From an uncultured delta proteobacterium (GTDB taxonomy: Bacteria > Desulfobacterota > Desulfobacteria > Desulfobacterales > B30-G6), in contig CAWGLD010000004.1 in the NCBI GenBank assembly GCA_963823335.1, forward strand, positions 1 to 64,000: DNA of 64,000 nt, in the 5' to 3' direction. Both the position numbers and the translations under genes were made by a program. Positions 31,785 through 39,436 of this stretch are shown piece by piece. The notes below the pieces were generated by a model, which was given only the letters and a program-made list of their open reading frames with translations, had not been told where the DNA came from and made no database searches. The first letter of the stretch is position 1, and every line of letters starts with the position of its first letter.

Positions 31785-31818
31785 TCGATCCCGATCCCGA
31801 TCCCGATAGCGATTTCGA
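31785..31818 (-). repeat. Right arm of the 34-bp hexamer inverted repeat
   Basis: TCGATCCCGATCCCGATCCCGATAGCGATTTCGA. Confidence 0.92.
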
Positions 31819-31863
31819 TAAGATATAGCCCGAGCTGTATTTCTCTTGACCCGAATTTTGGAG

Positions 31864-31896
31864 CCCTTTCCTCCAACTAAATTGGGAGAAGATCCA
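31864..31896 (+). repeat. Isolated right end of family A element
   Basis: CCCTTTCCTCCAACTAAATTGGGAGAAGATCCA matches the right ends at 33144 and 38836. Confidence 0.8.
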
Positions 31897-31998
31897 TATT
31901 TTATTCCCGCATTATAATAGATATCTCCTAATTTCCGAGATCTCAATAGAATGCGATACAGCTCCAACAAAACAAGGTTAACAGACCCCTAAATATTT

Positions 31999-32082
31999 CC
32001 GGTGTGCGAAAATAATCATCACCGACCACTTTTTGTATTGATGGGGATCTTCGCTATACGTTGGGCATGACCAGATGGTATC
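31999..32082 (+). repeat. Duplicated motif of about 85 bp, copy 2
   Basis: See 29033-29116. Confidence 0.8.
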
Positions 32083-32292
32083 GGTAATAATTTTCTTGAC
32101 ATTGCCCGGAGCCCATAATATTTAAATTTTAATGTCGTGCTCATCTGAAGCTCAATCTCACCTCCAATGCGACCTACATCTTCTAGCTCTAATTTCGCTA
32201 ATTTAATTCTGCATCGTACCGCACTTTCTGAACCTCTCCGCTAAAGTAGATAACGGTTTCTCGCATTTTTTTACCTAATAATCAGGTGAGGA

Positions 32293-32435
32293 TTGAAGAA
32301 CCTCGCAGCAAGCTACGAGGAATGTTCTGCTGTGCGACAGTGCTTCGCAGCGACCGTAAGGAATTCTGTCTAATTTAGATTCGCTCGCTAACCCCGCAGT
32401 AGGCTACGGGGAATGCGCTCGCTGTTGCGGTTCAA
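32293..32435 (+). mobile_element. Family B palindromic miniature element (full, 143 bp)
   Basis: TTGAA...TTCAA ends; two related hairpins CCTCGCAGCAAGCTACGAGG and CCCCGCAGTAGGCTACGGGG; near-identical to 45739-45905. Confidence 0.85.
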
Positions 32436-32465
32436 TAAACCGTAAACGAGAGGTGAATAGACAAT

Positions 32466-32723
32466 ATGAAGACATTAGACGAACGCAAAAAAGAGTTTGC
32501 TATCACTTCTGATAATCTGACAGCGTATTGGAGAGAAGGTAAAAGAGATCTAAAACGATTCAATAAACTTGTGAAGCTGTATAAGATTGCCGGTGATAAT
32601 TTAACCAACCACCCAGACTATGAAGAGCCTATGCTCCGGCTGGCAAGCGAGCATTATTATAGGCGATACTACTGGCTGGCGGGTATTTACCGGCACAATC
32701 ATACCGAGAAGCATGTCAGATGA
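32466..32723 (+). CDS. Hypothetical protein (85 aa)
   Basis: GAGGTG RBS upstream; no recognised family. Confidence 0.5.
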   Translation: MKTLDERKKEFAITSDNLTAYWREGKRDLKRFNKLVKLYKIAGDNLTNHPDYEEPMLRLASEHYYRRYYWLAGIYRHNHTEKHVR

Positions 32724-32810
32724 TTCTTTAGGTACTACGACCGCCGTGTATCTATAAAGACCATACACGCATCACACCACGCTTTAGCCTGCGTATGAAT
32801 TTAATTATAA

Positions 32811-33144
32811 TGGATCATCTCCCAAAGAGTTGATCCAAATTAAGGATTCAAGGATTCCAGGGGCCCAGGGGTCGAGTGAGATGAAGTGAGGTGCCAGCTA
32901 AATGCTTAAGAATTATAAAGAGTTAAATGTCTGGAAAAAAGCGTATAAACTTTGTTTGGATAAACGATGATATCCGGTGATTTGGATTATATGAACAAGG
33001 AAAAGCTTCAGGGTTTAAGAGAGGCGCTTGGGAATGTAGAGAGAATGCTAAAAGCCATGATCACATCCCTGGAAAACAAACACTTGAATCCTTGAATCCT
33101 GGATTCCTTGAACCCTTTCTCCCAACTTATTGGGAGAAGATCCA
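32811..33144 (+). mobile_element. Family A element copy 1 (334 bp): TIR, octamer arms and an internally deleted four-helix-bundle gene
   Basis: TIR TGGATCATCTCCCAA / TTGGGAGAAGATCCA (14/15); inverted AGGATTCA-type arrays at about 32843-32878 and 33081-33116. Confidence 0.88.
32902..33095 (+). pseudogene. Internally deleted four-helix-bundle gene
   Basis: MLKNYKELNVWKKAYKLCLD (family N-terminus) is joined out of frame to ISGDLDY...NVERMLKAMITSLENKHLNP* (family C-terminus); the core SNIAEG helices are missing. Confidence 0.8.
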
Positions 33145-33166
33145 TATATTTTAACGAGGTGAGTTA

Positions 33167-33400
33167 ATGGATGCCTTGGCAATTGCAATTGTCTTATCAT
33201 TAGTGGGTCTGCTGCTTCTTCTGTTTTTAGATATGCGAAATGTACTCTTCCGTAGAATAAATATAAAGCGTTCAAGAAGAGAACGACGTAAAAGTTTTAT
33301 TGCTTCAAAAAACCGCATGAGGAGATCTGGTAATGATCGCAGACAGTCAGCGCAAAGCCTAAGTTATAGTAACGAAAAATTGAAATTCAGAGGTCTATAG
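33167..33400 (+). CDS. Small membrane-anchored Arg-rich protein
   Basis: GAGGTG RBS; N-terminal TM helix; RRERRK...RRSGNDRR. Confidence 0.6.
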   Translation: MDALAIAIVLSLVGLLLLLFLDMRNVLFRRINIKRSRRERRKSFIASKNRMRRSGNDRRQSAQSLSYSNEKLKFRGL

Positions 33401-33408
33401 TGGTTGAA

Positions 33409-33536
33409 ATGCGGAACGGCAAAGAGCGCAGGCTCATAAAGAAAAGAGATGTGGCCGTACTTCTTCATACAGTGGCCCAGAAAGAAGGGCTATCAAGTAC
33501 CGCAGAAGTGACAAAGACAGGAGGTTAAAAGATTAG
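33409..33536 (+). pseudogene. Probable frameshifted Arg-rich micro-protein with a YSGPERR motif
   Basis: MRNGKERR from 33409; the frame from 33435 reads HKEKRCGRTSSYSGPERRAIKYRRSDKDRRLKD*. Confidence 0.45.
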
Positions 33537-33829
33537 GATTTCACATCATCATAGGGGTGCTTATTGTTGGGACATAAGAGGTACCCGTGATAGGATGATC
33601 TCTCTAAATATTTTAGTTTTGCCCATGGGCTGTGCTTGTCGCAGCCCTATTTATTTTGTTCATAAATTGACATGCCCAGCAGAATATGATCATTTAAAAT
33701 AAATACCCCACAAGTATTAACCTGATTCTATTCAGAAATATTATTACATAAAATTCTTGTTTCAGCCGACACTACTATATCTGATTATCAAGTGCCATGG
33801 ATAAAACACCTCAAAAGGAAGGCGATGAT

Positions 33830-34790
33830 ATGAGTAGGACAACGAAAAAACTTCTTGTAATAGTTCCTGTAATCATTCTTTTGGTCTTAATTTCCTGTTA
33901 TTTTTTATTCCCAGGAGCTATCTTTAAAACTCTGGTAAAAATGGAAAGAAATGCGGCTGGTCTTGAACAAAGAAGCATAGAAGTGGGCAATCTGCACATC
34001 GAATATTTAGAAGGTGGCAAAGGGGAAGTGTTGGTATTACTGCACGGATTTGGTGGAAATAAAGACAATTGGACACGAGTGGCAAAGTATCTCACACCTC
34101 ATTTTAGGGTAATTGCCCCTGATCTTCCAGGTTTTGGAGAAAGTTCAAGTGATATGGGGGCTTCATACACCTATGCCGCACAAGTTGACCGACTGCATGA
34201 ATTTATTAGGGCGTTAGAGTTGGGTGTATTCCATCTTGCAGGCAATTCGATGGGAGGTAATATTGCTGGCAATTATACAGCAAAATTTAATGATGAAATT
34301 AGTAGCTTGTGGCTTATTGCTACAGGTGGGATTATTTCATCACAACCAAGTGAACTGAGCCAAAGATTAAAATCAGGCGCCCGGAATCCTTTTGGTCGTG
34401 GAAAATACGGAAGAATACGATCAGCTATTAGATTTCATTTTTGTTAATATACCTCCTATTCCTGGCGCAATAAAACGGTACCTCACTCAGGAAGCCATAG
34501 ATCATCGTCCGCTTAATGAAATAATCTTTAAGCAAATTACATCTACTGATACTGATAATTTTGTTCCTCTCGAAGTGCTGCTTAAGAATGCGCAAACCAA
34601 AACCTTAATTTTATGGGGGGATAATGATAGAGTACTACATATGTCTGGAGCTAAAATTCTCGAATCAGTCATGCCAAATGCAAAAAGTGTTATCATGAAA
34701 AATATTGGTCATGTTCCTATGGTGGAAAAACCTCAAGAATCTGCGAATATTTTTTTGAACTTTATCGGGAAAAAGGACTCGCAAGTCTAA
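33830..34790 (+). pseudogene. Alpha/beta hydrolase (lipase/esterase) with one frameshift near 34390
   Basis: LLHGFGG, PDLPGFG and GNSMGG in the first frame; WGDND and GHVPM in the second; removing one T from CCTTTTGG restores NPLVVENTEEY. Confidence 0.85.
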
Positions 34791-34998
34791 GTTGTCTTGA
34801 ATTGAACTTGTGATGTGGATAGTTGGTACGATCCTACAGATGTATCAGTACTTTTGCTATACCCACCAAGATAGGGCGTTTGTCATAATAACCTTCCGAT
34901 AGCGGCGGTTTTTTGAGCCCGCAAGGGAGTATATATGACATCTAATATGGCATATGGTTCCGTAAACGTCTAGTTTTTTTGTTGATGAAATCAACACC

Positions 34999-35097
34999 TA
35001 GCGGTTGTCACCATCTGAATAATTTCACCTGCACGTGCCCAAAACCTGCCTGATCGTAAATTAGACCAAACGGAATATATTTTAATGACAACCGCTA
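34999..35097. repeat. 99-bp segment bounded by a perfect 12-bp inverted repeat (MITE-like)
   Basis: TAGCGGTTGTCA ... TGACAACCGCTA. Confidence 0.55.
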
Positions 35098-35225
35098 TAA
35101 ACTCATCCATATTTCCATACAATGTGACCTTTTATACATAAACCATTAACAATGGAAATGAATATCATTCCATGAAACTTACTATTATAACTATAAATAA
35201 TTGTATTTAAAAATGTCATTTATGA

Positions 35226-35241
35226 TGGCATTATTATTGCT
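35226..35241 (+). promoter_or_regulatory. Candidate sigma-54 (-24/-12) promoter
   Basis: TGGCATTATTATTGCT (GG-N10-GC) about 55 nt upstream of the PilZ gene, with an AT-rich upstream tract. Confidence 0.6.
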
Positions 35242-35293
35242 TATTAATAGGATAACTCACAATTGATGTGCTTAACATATTTAGGATAGGAGA

Positions 35294-35581
35294 GTGCATA
35301 AAATGGAAGCAGCATATGACTTTGATGGATATAGAAGAATAAATGAAAGGAAAAACTACCATAAGGAAGTATCATTTTCCACAGAATCGATGATTTTTCC
35401 TGCAACGATAAAAAATCTTAGCATGGGGGGCGCGCTTGTTGGCACCACAAGTATACCTAAAATAAAAACAGGGATAAAAATAATTATTACTATTCCTTTT
35501 GCAAACAAACCAGGCTGTATGAAAAGAAAAGCAATAGTCTTGTGGGCCGAAAATGATCAATTTGGCATTCAGTTTATTTGA
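35294..35581 (+). CDS. Stand-alone PilZ-domain protein
   Basis: RRINER (RxxxR), NLSMGG (N/DxSxxG), terminal FGIQF. Confidence 0.85.
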   Translation: MHKMEAAYDFDGYRRINERKNYHKEVSFSTESMIFPATIKNLSMGGALVGTTSIPKIKTGIKIIITIPFANKPGCMKRKAIVLWAENDQFGIQFI

Positions 35582-35748
35582 AAAATGCAAGAAAATATTC
35601 TGATTCTATTGTTACCAATGTATAACCAACCGGGGTGTCACTCATGAGATTGGCAGGCATAGATTGGCTGATTTTATCCAAGAAATAACCCGGCATGTGC
35701 GATTTAATGGTTAGATGGAACTTATCAGACCAATAGGAGAATAATTAA

Positions 35749-35889
35749 ATGTATTTTTACGATTTTCAATGTCAAGGATGTGGTTGGGACATGGAGAGAT
35801 TGGTATCTCGCTATGTGATCGAGATTAAATGCCCGATGTGCGGCTACATGTCACAGAAACAGATGGCAGCACCCAAAAAGGAAAATTAA
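35749..35889 (+). CDS. 46-aa zinc-ribbon protein (FmdB-like)
   Basis: AGGAGA RBS; MYFYDFQCQGCG...IKCPMCG...; too short for the supplied ORF track. Confidence 0.75.
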   Translation: MYFYDFQCQGCGWDMERLVSRYVIEIKCPMCGYMSQKQMAAPKKEN

Positions 35890-36291
35890 AAGGCCAATAA
35901 CGTAAGATTGTATTTACAATTCTCAAATCTGCGATACCTCCAAAACCTGTGATATTTATTATTCACATATCATGAAACGCCATTTTCCGGTTAGGCTTCC
36001 TACGCCCCGTGAGGCGATGTCTCCCCGGCATCATGGCCGGGTGCCCACACTTATGAACGCTTCGGGCCGTTCATTATTCACCACGGATTTCAATTTCAAA
36101 GAGCACAATGTTAATGAATCGCTTATCCCAAAAACAAAAATCATCAAAAAAATCGGAGCCAGATTATATATGTTACCAATGGGGGGTAGGCATTTGGCCC
36201 CCGGTAGTGGGCTATCAAAATATTTTTTTTATTGTTCTCTTGTCTTAACAGCATTGGTGATATCGGACGATATAAATAACGATTGGAGAAA

Positions 36292-37215
36292 CTAAAAACG
36301 TGAGATGTGAGACGTAAGACGTGAGACGGGGAGCAGAGGGTATGTCGTCAAAACATCAATTTGATGAATCAGGTAATCAGAAAAAAAAGCGTCAGACCAA
36401 AGACTCAACTTATCTTGATGCGCTACATTCCTCAAGAATGGCTCAACGTCTTTTTTGGCCAGATCGAAATCAATCTCCTTGATCTTGGCAGACAGCAGTT
36501 CAAGCAGTTTTTCTCTGGTCAACGCCTCGGAGGTATCAATATGACCTGTTTGCACCATCTTGTTTTTAAGAAATCCCAGATCACATGGGGTATTGTTTTT
36601 CACAAACCAAACTAAATCATACCAATCCCGGCCCTTGATGTTGGTTCTCACGGTTCGGCACAATAGTGCATGCATTTTGCCGGCAAGCAGACAGGGCAGT
36701 GTCATGGTTTTAATGGTAAACGGAATCGGATTCAGATGATATTTGGTGTCACTGGCAAACCCTGTGACCGGATCTTGATCAATTTCCAATTTGATCTTCA
36801 TCACGGCATTTTTATGGGTTTTCAGATTTGAATCAATTTTTAATAAATGGATCAGTGTATTGGCTTTTATAAAAGCCGAGTCTACCGTGCTTTTATTCTT
36901 TTTGTTGATTTCTTCTGTGGAAACCTCAAAACCCCACAACGCCAGCTCTGATTTTACCGCTTCAAGATACTTTTTAAGGTTGAAGTCCTTTTCCGGCTGA
37001 ATTAGAGAAAAATCTACATCCTCGGAGAAACGATCCAACTTGTGAAGAATTCGTAATGCGCTTCCCCCGTAAAAAACAGCTTTTTCATAAAATTTTGAAC
37101 GCCATAAACCAAGCAGAATGATCTCCTGTATGATCTCTTTCAACGCATTTTCATGATCATGAATTGTGTGCAATTCATACCTGCGGAGCATTTGATCAAC
37201 CTTATCATCAAACAT
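36292..37215 (-). CDS. abiEii: AbiEii-family nucleotidyltransferase toxin (type IV TA)
   Basis: FYGGSALR...RFSEDVDF, KLEID, AGKMHA, KGRDWYD. Confidence 0.9.
   Translation of the reverse strand: MFDDKVDQMLRRYELHTIHDHENALKEIIQEIILLGLWRSKFYEKAVFYGGSALRILHKLDRFSEDVDFSLIQPEKDFNLKKYLEAVKSELALWGFEVSTEEINKKNKSTVDSAFIKANTLIHLLKIDSNLKTHKNAVMKIKLEIDQDPVTGFASDTKYHLNPIPFTIKTMTLPCLLAGKMHALLCRTVRTNIKGRDWYDLVWFVKNNTPCDLGFLKNKMVQTGHIDTSEALTREKLLELLSAKIKEIDFDLAKKDVEPFLRNVAHQDKLSLWSDAFFSDYLIHQIDVLTTYPLLPVSRLTSHISRF
36298..36332 (+). repeat. Heptamer tandem array (ACGTGAG) x5 overlapping the 3' end of abiEii
   Basis: acgtgag atgtgag acgtaag acgtgag acgggga. Confidence 0.8.
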
Positions 37216-37825
37216 GGCCTTCCTTTACGCAGTTGACCAGCAGCTTTATGCCCTGCCTGCCATATACGGCTGAGATTTCTTCCAACAATGATATTTCAAG
37301 ATTCCTGCCGCCACTGTAATCCAATCGCATCAATTCCAGGTATTCCTTCATTTCATTTTTTGTTGAAATATGAGGCTGTGCCGCTGTGATATCGCATAAC
37401 GCTTTTTCAGGGGAAGCAATCAGGATATTTTTATGATCCCCTGCATCCTCAAGCCGAATACCAATATTGAACGCTGCCTTTGGACAATACAAATAAGAAA
37501 ATCGGCCCACCTGAGTCTCAAACTGCTTTTTTCTTTTTGCCGTCATGCTGATGATGAGCTCAACACGCTCTGGTATCATGTCCCAGAATGCCAATGCAGT
37601 TTGACCCGTGATGTAAGACGGTCCATAAATCAGATTTGCCAAGACAAACTTGTTGTATGGCTTGTTATACACCTTGCCCAGTACGTAAAGCCCTTTTTTA
37701 ACCCTTAAAATATCTTTATTCTGGATGAGACTTCGGATCTTGTCTCTGGGTTTTTTGTAATCCCTTAACGCGTGCAGCAGCAAATTGTAATCAAATTCCG
37801 CAGGTAGTTGTATTAAGTTATTCAT
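37208..37825 (-). CDS. abiEi: AbiEi-family antitoxin
   Basis: RVKKGLY, PSYIT...ALAFWDMIPE, IASPEKALCD; overlaps the toxin gene. Confidence 0.88.
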   Translation of the reverse strand: MNNLIQLPAEFDYNLLLHALRDYKKPRDKIRSLIQNKDILRVKKGLYVLGKVYNKPYNKFVLANLIYGPSYITGQTALAFWDMIPERVELIISMTAKRKKQFETQVGRFSYLYCPKAAFNIGIRLEDAGDHKNILIASPEKALCDITAAQPHISTKNEMKEYLELMRLDYSGGRNLEISLLEEISAVYGRQGIKLLVNCVKEGHV

Positions 37826-37832
37826 AGTTTTG

Positions 37833-37868
37833 CAACCAGTATGTCTAATTTTTTGGACATATTGGTTG
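37833..37868. promoter_or_regulatory. Inverted repeat, candidate AbiEi operator
   Basis: CAACCAGTATGTCTAA ... TTGGACATATTGGTTG (14/16), just upstream of the abiEi start. Confidence 0.65.
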
Positions 37869-37917
37869 ACTATAAGGTAATATGAGTGAATTTGTCAATG
37901 AAAAAGTTCAGGTCGTC

Positions 37918-37967
37918 TATGCCCGGTGGTGTGAGAGAGGGGGGTCGTGAGGCCTCCCCTACTCGAT
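37918..37967 (+). mobile_element. Group II intron 3' remnant (3' strand of domain V plus domain VI)
   Basis: TATGCCCGGTGGTGTGAGAGAGGGGGGTCGTGAGGCCTCCCCTACTCGAT follows the class C-like ...CGGTGGTGTGAGAG...CCTACTCGAT 3' consensus; the 5' half of DV and the RT are absent. Confidence 0.75.
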
Positions 37968-38081
37968 ACTGGATTGTGCAGCTTGATATATGGATGGTAA
38001 CCTGTTTTTTTCATCTTGATCATCTCCAACAACCATGGCAGTATCTCAACAGCACCAATCCTCTTCCAAGGAGGTCCCACC

Positions 38082-38315
38082 ATGTCCAGCCACGCATCCA
38101 ATGCTAAGCTACTCTTCACCAATTGTATCAATCTCAACTCAAGAAGCTGCCGGTATACAAAGAAACCTGAAACTATCCTGTCCCTGTTCAGCGATCCAGA
38201 AAATTTCGCGGTCAGTGATCAGAAGATTCACGAACTGAACGACATATGTTCCCAATGTGATTCATACCATATGCCTGACAAATTAAAAGATTTGGATCAT
38301 CTCCCAAAGAGTTGA
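38082..38315 (+). CDS. Small Cys-containing hypothetical protein; C-terminus supplied by element A copy 2
   Basis: AAGGAGGT RBS; CINLNSRSC and CSQC; last codons and stop fall inside the TIR. Confidence 0.55.
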   Translation: MSSHASNAKLLFTNCINLNSRSCRYTKKPETILSLFSDPENFAVSDQKIHELNDICSQCDSYHMPDKLKDLDHLPKS

Positions 38316-38555
38316 TCCAAATTAAGGATTCTAGGATTCCAGGAGTCCAGGGTTCGAGTGAGATGAAGTGAGGCATCAGCTAAATGCTTAAGAAGTATAA
38401 AGAGCTAAAAGTCTGGAAAACAAACACTTGAATCCTTGAATCCTGGACTCCTTGTACCCTTTCTCCCAACTAACCCTCATGTCCGGGGCGGTCACAACGA
38501 AGGATGAAAATATTGATGAGAATGATGGCTATTTTCATATAAATTGGGAGAAGAT
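38293..38555 (+). mobile_element. Family A element copy 2 (deleted form with a nested 66-bp insertion)
   Basis: Same TIR and arms as 32811; lacks 138 bp between two CTGGAAAA; insert 38474-38539 is flanked by TAA. Confidence 0.88.
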
Positions 38556-38639
38556 TAAAAGATTTGCAGTGACCGTTGCGATTCGTGCTATTTATACTTG
38601 CCTTATCTGCTTCCTGTAACTATATTGGATGATTAATTT

Positions 38640-38836
38640 TGGATCATCTCCCAAGGAGTTGATCCAAATTAAGGATTCAAGGATTCCAGGGGTCCAGGGC
38701 TCGAGTGAGATGAAGTGAGGCATCAGCTAAATGCTTAAGAATTATAAAGAGTTAAAAGTCTGGAAAACAAACACTTGAATCCTTGAATCCTTGACTCCTT
38801 GAACCCTTTCTCCCAATCTAATTGGGAGAAGATCCA
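38640..38836 (+). mobile_element. Family A element copy 3 (197 bp, deleted form)
   Basis: TGGATCATCTCCCAA...TTGGGAGAAGATCCA; same CTGGAAAA junction as copy 2. Confidence 0.9.
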
Positions 38837-38862
38837 TAACTTTTTACAGAGGAGGATAGACA

Positions 38863-39219
38863 ATGAAGGAGTTTGATGTAGCGCTGAAAGCAGTAGCAGA
38901 AGGTCTGAAAACCATAGCGCAGGGCATGGAGAAGATAGCTGAGAAATTGGAGGAAAGTGTTCCCGATAAACAGGCCAAGGCTCAGCCTGCGCGTAAACCT
39001 GCCAAAAAACCAAAGAAAGTACCGGCAAAGAAAGCTGTGAAAAAAACTGCGGCAGATGCAGTGTTGGCGATAGTCAACAGATCAAAAAAGGGTGTCAATG
39101 GTGCGACTCTTGCGGAAAAGACAGGCTACGACAGCAAAAAAGTTGCCAATATTGTTTTCAAATTGAGGAAGCAGGGCAAGATTAAGAGCGTTGGTCGGGG
39201 TGTTTACGCGAAGGCGTAA
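38863..39219 (+). CDS. Small basic DNA-binding protein (coiled coil, PAKK linker, winged helix)
   Basis: GAGGAGG RBS; PARKPAKKPKKVPAKK; LAEKTG...L..QGKIKSVGRGVY. Confidence 0.75.
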   Translation: MKEFDVALKAVAEGLKTIAQGMEKIAEKLEESVPDKQAKAQPARKPAKKPKKVPAKKAVKKTAADAVLAIVNRSKKGVNGATLAEKTGYDSKKVANIVFKLRKQGKIKSVGRGVYAKA

Positions 39220-39271
39220 ATAGTGGAAAATTCCGACGCTTTCTCTAACCATTCGCACGGATGGCAGTTGC

Positions 39272-39300
39272 TTGACAAAAAGGTCATTTTTATGTAGCAT
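39272..39300 (+). promoter_or_regulatory. Candidate sigma-70 promoter
   Basis: TTGACA-N17-TAGCAT upstream of the PilZ gene. Confidence 0.5.
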
Positions 39301-39436
39301 AAATGTTCCACTGTCTGGAATAATGCTTTTTAGGACACAAGGTAACTTGTTGCGGTTTTCATTAGAAGTTATCTCAAAAGAGTTTTTTGGCCCAGTTGAT
39401 GACTTCTAATAAGATGCCTTATAGCCCGGTGAAACG

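Noticed and set aside
31607-31970. Minus-strand ORFs with IGIGIG / RDRDRD repeats
   Set aside because: They are translations of the ATCGGG arm and of repeats A and B.
35972-36295. 107-aa ORF
   Set aside because: No RBS or recognisable motif; left unannotated.
31285-38836. Diversity-generating retroelement
   Set aside because: An Avd-like gene is present, but there is no RT and no TR/VR pair differing only at adenines. Differences between repeat copies are not A-specific.
38735-39028. Minus-strand ORFs 38735-39028 and 33048-33275
   Set aside because: They read through family A arms antisense to better-supported genes.
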